NCBI RefSeq assembly: GCF_006345805.1
Contig: NW_021836655.1
Span: 1-23,139 of the forward strand
Length of the DNA stretch: 23,139 nt
Direction: 5' to 3'
Origin: Octopus sinensis
Taxonomy: Eukaryota
Shown here: piece after piece, positions 9,832-19,445 of the stretch
Layout: every line of letters starts with the position of its first letter
Numbering within the stretch: the first letter of the stretch is position 1
Position numbers and translations under genes: made by a program
The notes under the pieces: generated by a model
Told to the model about the DNA's origin: nothing
Database searches by the model: none
The model's input: only the letters and a program-made list of their open reading frames with translations

Positions 9832-12800
9832 TCAGAGAATGTCAAAATCCAAATCCAAAAGAACTTCAAAGACTTCATTATCATCCCATCTCAGGAGTAA
9901 ATATTTTGGATTATCTTTTAATCTCAGGATTTCATCATCTTCAGATGTTTCCTCTTCAATATGTCGAGGTATTTCGTAAATATTGTTTATTGTATCTGTT
10001 ATATAAACACATTCACCAATTATGGTCAGACCAAGTCTTGGAATATAATATCCCAGACCAATAAATATTTCTTTTATTCTTATCCTCCTCACCAAAGACT
10101 TTTCCCTGAACCATTCCACAAAACAAAAAACTTCCCTCCATCCAGACTCCCCCTTTTCATCTCCCTCCTCACAAACAACACATCACCAAAAGATGTGACT
10201 CCCACACCATCCACCCCTTCATGTCCCTCCAACCTTCCCTTTCTCCACATCTTCCCACCACACACTTCATCTTTACATTTCCCATCTTCAAAATCAACCA
10301 CATCCACATAATAAGGGTCAAAGATTTTGGGGTCTTTGCAATAATAGTAATACTTGTTGTTCTCCCATCTTCTTTGGTATTTCTTGTGTCTCTCTTTTTG
10401 AGTTATGTCTCTAATATAATGACCACCACACACGAGTTGATTGTCGTTGTATTTATAAATCCTGTTGTAGTATTTCTCAGTTCTGATGGTTTTTAAATGA
10501 CGGAGATCCCTGTTGAAGACCCTCATTTCTCTCCCAAAGGCGACAATGAAACATTCCTCTGTCCACCGACATATGTCCAGTGCTGGTCGTTGTTGTTGTT
10601 CATGTTGAAGTATGTCCACTGTTGTTGTTGTTGTTGTTCTGATTAATGTGACACTTTCTCGAAATATCAACACACTCACATTCACATCTAACTTAATTAG
10701 TTTACTGTTCCGGCCCCTAATGTCCCTCATATCATAATTAACAGGTTCCTCGAATGCAGGAATGGAAAAAGGGACCATTGCTGTCCTATATGGAAGTCTC
10801 CTCACTGATATTTCATCAATTCCCGAATCATTAATCTCCGCTATGTAATTACCACATCTCACCTTTAATCTACCTTTACCAATTATTTCACCTGAATTAC
10901 CTCTTCTTCTTCCTCCTCCATCTCCATCTCCTCCTCTGTATTCCAATTTATTAATTAATTCATTACTGAATATTTCTTGTTCGTTTCAGATGTAATGGAA
11001 GGGAAACGAAGACCAGAATCAAGATTTAATAACGACACAGATTCCAGAATGTTCACTTGGTCCCCATCAATCTTTATGCAATGACATTCAATCAATTCAT
11101 TATGTACACACCAGTAAATACCCGCCACTTTTCTCCATATTACACCATAAGGGATGAGACTCGACCAAACTTGAGATGTCTTCAAATCTTCTCCATTCAG
11201 TTGAAATATTTCTTTCCTTTTAGGAACCGTGGCCATTATGTGTGATTCTTGTGTAAAACACACACCACCAACTAAACTTGCAACATTTCTGTGACATAGC
11301 AACTGGCAGTCTTCATCGAATATTTTAACATTTCCATTATTGGCTTTTTCACACACAACTGTCTTTCCTTCCTCAGAGACATCAAAATCTTTTACTTGAA
11401 CAGGACATTCGTCTGTTTGTAAACGAGCAACCGGGAAGCTGTCTCGATTCACCATAAACAACCCTTCAACATACAATTCATTCTCTCTTTCCCTCTTCCG
11501 AAGACTTCCAACAAACCTTGGTCCTTTACAGTCTATACTGGAGAAATCTACTTCATCTTTATAAATTCTTTTATTTAAAAATATTCTCTTGTATTCCCCA
11601 TTCTGGGTCAAACACAAAATGTTTTGATATCCAGATGAACCTGAACATTTCTCCCACCGACCATAAATGTACAAAAAACTGTCATCAATTGTCATCCTGT
11701 CAACACCAGAATACCCCATGTAGTGTCTGACTGAATGTAAATATTGACCACCACTGTTGAAGAAAATGATGAATCTCCAGTTGAAGACAATGATGACATC
11801 TTCATCAGTAACTTTAATATCCTGGATTCTATCAGAATAATCTCCATCTTCTCTCAATATTAATGGGTCAGGTATGTTTATTTTTTTTATTTCCTTCACA
11901 CTCGAATTTATTTCATCAATATCAACAAAATGCAAATGTCTTTCATCTCTCCGTTCACTAAAAACCAGTTGATTGTTTGATAAAGAAGCCACACATTCAT
12001 ATGTATTTCTCGTTTTGTAAATTACCAACGACAATGGAAATTCCACTTTTAATGTCAACAGTTGGGGTTTACCATGATCTTCATATCCCAACTCGTAATG
12101 ACCAGTGTGTTTGACTGCCATCGACACATTTTAATATTATAATAAACATTCACTTTGATTGAATCCATAAGGTGACCATCCAATGTGAATATCTTAATGT
12201 TTCCATTCTTCTTGTCACATCCTGCAATCAGATTATTTTCAGTAAGAACCAAAGATCTAATCTCCACTGGTCCTTTGTCTCCCAAATGTTTAGGGAGAGG
12301 AATATGTCTGGCTTTATCAGAAACTGTCAGGTCCTGTAGATATAAGTGGAAGACAACATTTCACTGAGAGAAATGTGTCTGGAAAATACATCCACCAGGT
12401 CGATATAATAATTAAGTTGATTATTAGTAACGAGATCATTAACCAACAAATTCTGATCGTTTATGGCAAACATACGGCTTCTGTCTATCAGATAAACAGA
12501 CGTTTGGTCAATAGATCCACCTTGGAGACTGAGGGGACGTTTCGCTTGGGACATTAAAACACTGGGGACCATCTGACGACCGCCATGACCACCACCACCT
12601 ATTCTAGTGTTGTACTGAAAAGCTTTTCCCCTAGTAACAATTAATAGCTTTTCTGTTTTCTTGTCTATTGATAATGATTTCACAAACACAGGGATATTAA
12701 TTGTCTTAATTACTTCAACTTGATTATAATAATTGATGGCTAAAATGTCTAAATGTGATGGTTTATCACAATAACAAACAATTTCACCTTCACCCATCTT

Positions 12801-15164
12801 ACACACCCGTACATAAGGCTGCCTAAATGATACACTTCTCACTCTCTTTGATAGGTTTCCGATGACCCTTAATTGTTTCCGTAGGGGTAATGTGACCCCT
12901 ATATGATTAGAATCCCATCGACATATATCTGTGGCTGTAGACGGCAGAGATAATCTGGACACAATGTCTCCTTCCTCAGAAATGTAGAACAAGCAATCAT
13001 GATTGATGTCGGACACCACCAACTGTCCATTGGACAGATTACATATTTTGCCAATGACAAGTTTTTGGTCATTCTCCTTTTCTTTGAGTCGTAGATTTAG
13101 ATTTCTGATGTAAGGATTTTTCGTGGGTAAACGACAGCCAGACGACTGGTCTTGATTCTTGTAAAGAAGAACCCTGTTGAGTTGAGTGTCCGGGACATAA
13201 AGAGTTCCTTGGAAAACAGCAATGTGAGGGTGAACAGGGAAAGGCAGTTCCCACTGCCATTTCATTTGTCCATATAGATCGTAACATCTGAGAATAGAGT
13301 GTCTCCTGAAGAGGACATAGAAATAAACATTATCAGAGTAGATGTGATGAGGGTGGCCATAGAATGGAAGGTATTTTTGAAAAAGTTCTTCACCACATGT
13401 GGAATAAAATACCATTTTATTTTCGTTTCCATCTACGACTACAAAATTAATTGGAGTTGCAGCAATGCTGACATTATGATGTCCCAGAGAAATTCTTTCT
13501 GCAATGTCAACTTTATCTTCGTTGATCAAGAGGATATGGACCTCGCTTTTGTTTCCACCTGTGGTTAGAGCTAAACACTTATTTGATACAAGATGACATA
13601 GTTTAATGTAATCAGTATGGACTTTCATTAAAGGGCCTTTCATTAGCCCAGGGCATGTGATACACTGAAATTCTTTGTTTTCATAGTAAAACACCAGAAA
13701 TCCTTTAGAATTTATTCTACACAAGCAAGAAGGAATCTCAGGGAAAGTTGAATTACTTTGGTTAATTATTTCTCTAGTCTCAGTGAATAATATAGCTTTA
13801 TTATTCCTGTAGAATATTAATATAGAAGATGTAGACATAGGTAGAATATTAGTAACGTTGTAGCAATCCTCAATATAAATATAGTTGTTCAATGTTGGTG
13901 TCCATAGCTGGGGGTTATATGACTGCCTGGGCCAAAAGTCTTCATTTGTTCCAATGATATGAAGGACATCAAAATAATCGGTTACAAAAATGTTTTCTTT
14001 GCCAACTGAAATATGGCGGCATTTCATGCCAATTTCTCTTGTTGTCACAGCACCTGTACCTGATATCCGATAAATAATATGTCCCTGAAGGACATAAAAA
14101 TGGTTTTGGTACACAGAGATGTGGCTTGGAATGTCCAGGGAATTGGTATCCACCACAAATAACTGCTGGCCATCCACATTGTAACAGGTAACCCTGTTAA
14201 TATTGGAAAAGGATACTAAGAGTTTATTTTGTGCTCCTACAGCAATATCTGAAGGTGTTTCTTTCGTTATGAATTCGTATTTTATTCTATTCTCTTCCCA
14301 GTCAATGACGTATATGGTCCGACCAAACATTTCTACACCTATAAGCGTAGAATGTTCCAAATAAGAAACCAAGATTAATCCTAGCTGAATTCTTTTGATT
14401 TTAAAACTTAAAGGGTTGATAATAAGAATCATCCTTCGAAATGGGAGGGTGGCCAGGACTGTGTCTTGACTGATTCTAGTAAAATCAGTGACGGAAGATG
14501 AGCAATGAACTTCATTTCTGTTGCCGTCTCTTGTTATACAACATATTGTCATACAGTGGCGGGAATATGTTACAATACCCCCTTGCATGACGACAATATT
14601 GGATATTGGGTTGCTTAAGTCTTCACCAGATTCTTCAATCTCTACTTCTCTGGTCACAACTGGCCGAAGGGGACGAAATTTTGTGATTACTTTTGGTGGT
14701 TCAATGGTCTTGTGGTTGTATGGGTTACAGGTGACATAAAAGTCAAAGAATCTTTGTTGAAACCAATCAAGGTTTTGGTGAACAAAATCATTATTTTGTT
14801 TTGCAAATTCCAGAAATCTTGGCATTTTACGTTTGATATTACGTAAAATTCGAGATCCATTTAAACCCAGAGAGTCCATGTGATTACATTTATCCTTTAC
14901 ATAATCTATAAACGTATTGATGTGGTCTGTTTTGATTAGTGTTCGGTAACATGTCACAATATGAAGGAAACTTGGTAACATGGACTTTTCCTGTTCTTTA
15001 GATTTCTTTGTGTCTTTTCTTTCCTGTTCTTCTGTTTTCTTTGTGTTTTGTGTGTGTAATATTTGGGTAAGAATTGGTGTAGTTTCCTTATAAATTGCTG
15101 TTGTATCACAGACTGTGGCAGGAATGAGAGCCAACATTTTGTTTTCTTCATTAATCTTCTCCAT
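9832..15164 (-). CDS. Reconstructed giant single-exon coding block, ~1,778 aa, about six tandem NHL-like beta-propeller units (molluscan TRIM/NHL-like propeller family); interrupted in this sequence by four 1-nt deletions
   Basis: The track ORFs of 945, 76, 390, 285 and 95 aa abut or overlap, each in the -1 frame of the one before. 5333 nt + 4 restored nt = 5337 nt = 1779 codons including the stop. A blade motif recurs about six times at roughly 200-290 aa spacing (VTDFTRISQDTVLATLP, PSCLCRINSKGFLVFY, ATDICRWDSNHIGVTLP, IKMCRWQSNTLVITS, VGGVCFTQESHIMATVP, ALDICRWTEECFIVAF). No SINE interrupts the block. The family assignment comes from motif recognition, not a search. Confidence 0.75.
10089..10946 (-). 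CDS. 285 aa open segment: linker and most of propeller unit 6 of the same protein
   Basis: The frame is open upstream to about 10986 (NEQEIFSNELINKLEYRGG). It contains DICRWTEECFIVAF and GVGVTSFGDV blades and continues by a -1 shift into the 95 aa ORF ending at 9832. Confidence 0.7.
   Translation of the reverse strand: MEYRGGDGDGGGRRRGNSGEIIGKGRLKVRCGNYIAEINDSGIDEISVRRLPYRTAMVPFSIPAFEEPVNYDMRDIRGRNSKLIKLDVNVSVLIFRESVTLIRTTTTTTVDILQHEQQQRPALDICRWTEECFIVAFGREMRVFNRDLRHLKTIRTEKYYNRIYKYNDNQLVCGGHYIRDITQKERHKKYQRRWENNKYYYYCKDPKIFDPYYVDVVDFEDGKCKDEVCGGKMWRKGRLEGHEGVDGVGVTSFGDVLFVRREMKRGSLDGGKFFVLWNGSGKSLW
10955..12127 (-). CDS. 390 aa open segment: most of propeller unit 4 and unit 5 of the same protein
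   Basis: NHL-like blades such as VKDFDVSEEGKTVVCEKANNGNVKIFDEDC. It joins the 76 aa ORF (12055-12285) by a -1 shift at about 12088. The listed start is probably not a real initiation site. Confidence 0.75.
   Translation of the reverse strand: MSMAVKHTGHYELGYEDHGKPQLLTLKVEFPLSLVIYKTRNTYECVASLSNNQLVFSERRDERHLHFVDIDEINSSVKEIKKINIPDPLILREDGDYSDRIQDIKVTDEDVIIVFNWRFIIFFNSGGQYLHSVRHYMGYSGVDRMTIDDSFLYIYGRWEKCSGSSGYQNILCLTQNGEYKRIFLNKRIYKDEVDFSSIDCKGPRFVGSLRKRERENELYVEGLFMVNRDSFPVARLQTDECPVQVKDFDVSEEGKTVVCEKANNGNVKIFDEDCQLLCHRNVASLVGGVCFTQESHIMATVPKRKEIFQLNGEDLKTSQVWSSLIPYGVIWRKVAGIYWCVHNELIECHCIKIDGDQVNILESVSLLNLDSGLRFPSITSETNKKYSVMN
12327..15164 (-). CDS. 945 aa open segment: N-terminal region plus propeller units 1-3 of the multi-propeller protein
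   Basis: 945 stop-free codons in AT-rich DNA. NHL-like blades such as KICNLSNGQLVVSDINHDCLFYISEEG and PSDIAVGAQNKLLVSFSNINRVTCYNVDG. The true frame probably leaves this ORF at about 12360 (SLSE|NVVFHLYLQDL). Confidence 0.85.
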   Translation of the reverse strand: MEKINEENKMLALIPATVCDTTAIYKETTPILTQILHTQNTKKTEEQERKDTKKSKEQEKSMLPSFLHIVTCYRTLIKTDHINTFIDYVKDKCNHMDSLGLNGSRILRNIKRKMPRFLEFAKQNNDFVHQNLDWFQQRFFDFYVTCNPYNHKTIEPPKVITKFRPLRPVVTREVEIEESGEDLSNPISNIVVMQGGIVTYSRHCMTICCITRDGNRNEVHCSSSVTDFTRISQDTVLATLPFRRMILIINPLSFKIKRIQLGLILVSYLEHSTLIGVEMFGRTIYVIDWEENRIKYEFITKETPSDIAVGAQNKLLVSFSNINRVTCYNVDGQQLFVVDTNSLDIPSHISVYQNHFYVLQGHIIYRISGTGAVTTREIGMKCRHISVGKENIFVTDYFDVLHIIGTNEDFWPRQSYNPQLWTPTLNNYIYIEDCYNVTNILPMSTSSILIFYRNNKAILFTETREIINQSNSTFPEIPSCLCRINSKGFLVFYYENKEFQCITCPGLMKGPLMKVHTDYIKLCHLVSNKCLALTTGGNKSEVHILLINEDKVDIAERISLGHHNVSIAATPINFVVVDGNENKMVFYSTCGEELFQKYLPFYGHPHHIYSDNVYFYVLFRRHSILRCYDLYGQMKWQWELPFPVHPHIAVFQGTLYVPDTQLNRVLLYKNQDQSSGCRLPTKNPYIRNLNLRLKEKENDQKLVIGKICNLSNGQLVVSDINHDCLFYISEEGDIVSRLSLPSTATDICRWDSNHIGVTLPLRKQLRVIGNLSKRVRSVSFRQPYVRVCKMGEGEIVCYCDKPSHLDILAINYYNQVEVIKTINIPVFVKSLSIDKKTEKLLIVTRGKAFQYNTRIGGGGHGGRQMVPSVLMSQAKRPLSLQGGSIDQTSVYLIDRSRMFAINDQNLLVNDLVTNNQLNYYIDLVDVFSRHISLSEMLSSTYIYRT

Positions 15165-15966
15165 TTTATGAATATAGAATTATTATCTTTTTCTGTTAAT
15201 ATATTCTTTTTTGTGGATTTTGTTTTCTTCCTTTGGAATACAATTTATCTCTTCAAAATTCACTAATTTTTACATGAAAGCTGAAATAAAATGAAAACTT
15301 TATTAGTTTTGTGAAAAGCTTTTGATAAAATAATATTTACGATTCATCAAAGAATTTCAAGGAAAACACACATTTCATTAAATACATTAAACAAATTGTT
15401 TATTTGACAGTGAAGTTAAACATTTAACTGTTTTCAATGGAATAATCATTAGAAATAAACTTGAAGATATAATACACCATTATCTTTATTGACTGAATAT
15501 AAGTGATCGTGAAAATTTTTGTAGTAAGAAGGATATAAATATTTTATTGAGGTTATTTCTACAGATATTATCGGTAGAAATTATAGCCAGGACTGATTTC
15601 CTGCTACAACATTTCTATCGAAATGTCAGACAGAAACAAACAAAGAGATCAAAGAGAAAAACATCTGTTGTTTGTTCTCATTGTTTATCTCATTGTTTGT
15701 TTACATCTGACATCTCCATAGGAAAGGTTTAGCAAAAATCAGAGCCAACTATAATTCTATGGAATATCAATAGAATAATGTGAAAATACTGCTAACAAAG
15801 TAGAATGTGGTGTTGACTTCTAAAACGATTTAATATATTTTACAGGATTTATGGTTGCATAATGAAATACCACGTCCCTACAAATCAGAATATAAGTATT
15901 ATTAATAATCATATGCACTGGAAATGATGTGACAGTCATGGTTGGCTTGGTTTCCATCATATTTAC

Positions 15967-16165
15967 CTGGATTCACAGATACCAATAAAGCTGGAGATGA
16001 AACTGTTCTTAACCTGACAAATGCTGTAAATCTCTCGACATTTCAATATAATCCACACAATTATCATACACAACATTGATTAACTCAGAAGCTTATCCAA
16101 AGATGGGCTTTCATATATAATCACATTGATAGACAGCATGTTGAGAGGATCGTTATATTTGTTTG
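15967..16165 (-). CDS. Candidate upstream exon C (NKYNDPLNMLSINVIIYESPSLDKLL|ELINVVYDNCVDYIE...); needs one or two 1-nt restorations
   Basis: Acceptor ctcaatcacag| in phase 1. Two possible donors: tcag|gttaag (16014; 152+1 nt) or ccag|gtaaat (15967; 199+2 nt), both phase 1 after repair. As read, there is an in-frame TAA. Confidence 0.25.
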
Positions 16166-16629
16166 CTGTGATTGAGATCATAAAGATGGTTAATGAATAA
16201 GCCCAATTAATGAAAGGTAGGTTCATCTTAATTATCTTTAATTTCAGGACAATGTTTGGGTAGCAATGAGAAAGATGTGTTTGTATGAAAATGGTTTTGC
16301 AGGTGAAGTGTGTTTTGTTTTGTGTTAGGTGAGGAGTTATAACTTGGTAGTTTATTATGAAGTATTGTGGGGGTTTAATGAGGTGGATTAGAAAATATTG
16401 GTGAGGGTTTTAATGACATTCTGGTGACCCATCATTATCAGAATGATCCTCCACCCCTCCTTGGTCTATGAAATAATAACTGTTACTCTATACCCCAGGA
16501 GGAATGAAAAATAAAAGAGGACCTTCTTCAGGATCCACATACATATATGTATATATGATAGAATGAATGTGTATAATATATACACAAGGATGCACATATG
16601 TATATTTATACATCCATACGTCTGTATGT

Positions 16630-16860
16630 ATGTATGATGTCATCATCTTTTACTCCCACTTTCCATGCTGGATGGTTGGATGGTTCAAAGAATATCTTGC
16701 CTGAAGTTACATTTTCTGGTTTCCTGTCTGCAGCTGGATGCTCTTCCTGACACCAACCACTGCACAATGTGCACTGGGTGCATCTTATGGCACCATCGCT
16801 AGAGACAATCGCCATGACCTTGACAAAACTAAAGGTTCCCCTCAATCTCTGGGTTTCACA
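16630..16860 (-). mobile_element. Interspersed repeat family C copy
   Basis: CATCATC...TTTCCATGCTGGATGGTTGGATGG...GCTGGATGCTCTTCCTGACACCAACCAC. Confidence 0.6.
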
Positions 16861-17152
16861 TATACCTTGGAATGTGTGAGAGATCTAGGGTAATAAAATA
16901 TAAAAGGAGTGGCTGAGTGTTGGGGAGAGACTCAGGTAGGTCCCGTACATCCCTAGTTTCATTGGAAGAATGGTGAAGAGAAAGATTTACTGCCATCTTT
17001 GTCACAGCAGTAAGATAGTAGAGTAAAAGAAGAAGAGGAGAGTGATTGAGAGATGAAAGATAGAGGTAGGGGTGATAGGGGCGTGACAGTAGGCACTCAA
17101 GGTCCGAGAGTTGACACTCATCAAACTGGTTTTTGGAGGTCTGGGAATATAC

Positions 17153-17284
17153 CTCCAAAGACCAGTTTGATAAATGCTATTATAACGAAACTTTCGGATC
17201 TTGGGTCACTTGTTACTTCTGCTAAATATTTATATATTATATCAAAATCAGAATCCAAGTCGATCAACATCATGGAAATTGTAG
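17153..17284 (-). CDS. Candidate upstream coding exon B (132 nt, symmetric phase 1-1; TISMMLIDLDSDFDIIYKYLAEVTSDPRSESFVIIAFIKLVFG)
   Basis: Acceptor ggtatcacag|, donor tttggag|gtatat. The length is divisible by 3, the frame is stop-free, and the phase matches exon A. Confidence 0.35.
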
Positions 17285-17324
17285 CTGTGATACCAGTGCC
17301 GGTGGTACGTAAAAGAACCATCCA

Positions 17325-17605
17325 AACGTGACCGTTGCCAGCGCCGCCCGACTGGCCTTCGTGCTGGTAGCACATAAAAAGCACCATCCGATCATGGCCA
17401 TTGCCAGCATCGCCTGGCCCCCGTGTCTGGTGGCACATAAAAAGTACCCACTACACTCATGGAGTGGTTGGCGTTAGGAAGGGCATCCAGCCATAGAAAC
17501 TTTGCCAGATCAGAACTGGGCCTGGTGCAGCATCAGGCCTCCCACACCCCATTTGAACCGTCCAACCCATGCTAGCATGGAAAGCGGATGGTAATGATGA
17601 TGAGA
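17325..17605 (+). mobile_element. Interspersed repeat family C copy
   Basis: GTGGCACATAAAAAGTACCCACTACACTC...GGCGTTAGGAAGGGCATCCAGC...CCAACCCATGCTAGCATGGAAAGCGGA followed by a GAT tail. Confidence 0.7.
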
Positions 17606-18373
17606 TATATTATATATATATGTATATATATACATATATATACCTTCACACACCCATTGTACAAATATCTGTGTCTATGTATGTTTATAGCTATGAATCA
17701 ATGAATGACAAAAGAACAAGAGTTACATAGCCACCTTCATTAGACTTCCAGCTGTTTCTGCTACAGGAAGCAGTGAACTCGAGCTGAGTGTGTGTGCGCG
17801 TAGGTGTCTGTGCATTTGTTTATGTTTGCAATCTTTTTAAGTTGCTCCAAGCAGAAACATCTGTCAACCAATCACCCCCACCTTGGAAGACATGGGAAAT
17901 AAGAACTTTTGTTCTTGCAAAATGGTTTTGGGTGAGCAATAGGAAGGCTGTCTGTCTGTAAAACAAGGCTACAATAATATATTCACCTAACCCATGCTAG
18001 CACACAAAGTCAGAAGTGCAAACAAACATAAGTAAACCCATGTTTATACATTCATATACTTTTATGCATACATAAACACATACACACGTGTGTGTGTGTG
18101 CATCTGATGTTAAGAAGATCATCCAGCTGTAGAAATCTTGCCAAATCTTTCATTAGAGCTCAGCAATGTCCTCTGGTTCACTGCTTCCTCGTCAACTGTC
18201 CTACCCATGCCAGTTAGGGAAAATGGATGTCAAAACCTTTATAATACATCAGATGATGTATTTTCTTTTTTGTATTTTCCCTCTCATAATTTTGTTTTGT
18301 TTCTTGCCAGGTTCTTGTGAGTCCCACTCAGTCAAGTCTATGACTACACTCGATGAGGCTTACCAATCCTCAC

Positions 18374-18453
18374 CTGGTTTCAAGCAAGAGAATATTTCCC
18401 CAAGTTCTTCCAACATGAACAGCACAATGGTTGGATATGTTTTCTGGTGAACA
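18374..18453 (-). CDS. Candidate upstream coding exon A (80 nt; VHQKTYPTIVLFMLEELGEIFSCLKP)
   Basis: Acceptor tcgtttgtttgcag|, donor ccag|gtgagg, an open frame ending in phase 1, unique sequence between repeats. Confidence 0.35.
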
Positions 18454-18654
18454 CTGCAAACAAACGACACTGTTTGTTGTGACGTGACATTTGTTTATAA
18501 TTCGCAGCAGATGTCAAGACAAGGAGACGTGAGCAGACATATGCACACACAAACACACACACACACACAACACATTCACATACAAGTACAAATGTAGATA
18601 TGCATACATGAATATACACACACATGTATATACCATAGGATTTATCAGTTCCAT

Positions 18655-18790
18655 GTACGAAACCCATTCATAAGGCTTTAGTCAACCTGGAACATTAGAA
18701 GAAGTTAATTCTTTAAGGTGCTGCAAAGTGGGACTGAACCTGAGACCACAAGGTTCTGAAGTGAATTTCTTAACCATACAGCCATGCCCC
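18655..18790 (-). mobile_element. SINE family A, diverged 5' fragment
   Basis: CATAAGGCTTTAGTCAACC...GTGGGACTGAACC...CCATACAGCCATGCC resembles the head at 3183-3333. Confidence 0.55.
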
Positions 18791-18827
18791 CACTTTTTTT
18801 TGGTAATATTCTGAAGATAATAATAAT

Positions 18828-19408
18828 CCTTTCTACTATAGGCATAAGGCCTGAAATTTTGGGTGTGGGGGGTTAATTGATTACATCACCCCCCAGCCCC
18901 TAACTGGTTCTTATTTTATCAATCCCAAAAGGACGAGGGGCAAAATCAACCTTGGTGGAATTTGAACTCAAAATGTAAACTTGGAAGAAATGATGCAAAG
19001 TATTTTGTCTGGCATTTTGTAACAATTCTGCTTGTTCATCACATTAATAATAATAATAATAATAAGAAGAAGAAGAATATCAATAACTATAACAATAACA
19101 ACATCAATAATAATAATATTAGCAGCAGCAGCAAAAACAACAACAACAACAGCAATGATTTCTTTTATGTTTTATTTAATATAATAAAAATGATTTCAAG
19201 TTTTGGCACAAGGCCAGCAAGTTCAAGGAAGGGGCCAGTCTATTACACTGACCCCAGTACTCAACTAGTACTTAATTTATCGATCCGAAAAGGATCCGAA
19301 AAGGTGGAATTTGAACTCAGAATGTAAAGATGGACAAAATGCCGCTCAACCTTTTGCTTTGCATCCTCACAATTCTGCCACCACGTCACAGTAATTATAA
19401 TAATAATG

Positions 19409-19445
<37 letters not shown>

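Noticed and set aside
9961-10496. Plus-strand ORFs of 116 and 91 aa (also 11057-11245, 11518-11730, 13299-13568, 14521-14739)
   Set aside because: They are antisense shadows of the minus-strand coding block.
10089-12361. Programmed -1 ribosomal frameshifting as the explanation for the split ORF
   Set aside because: I found no correctly phased X XXY YYZ slippery heptamer in the shift windows I inspected, and four sequential shifts would give negligible full-length product. Single-base deletions are simpler.
9832-15164. Assigning a gene symbol (TRIM71/lin-41, TRIM2/3, NHLRC)
   Set aside because: No RING, B-box or filamin domain is visible, the blades are too diverged, and orthology cannot be established by eye.
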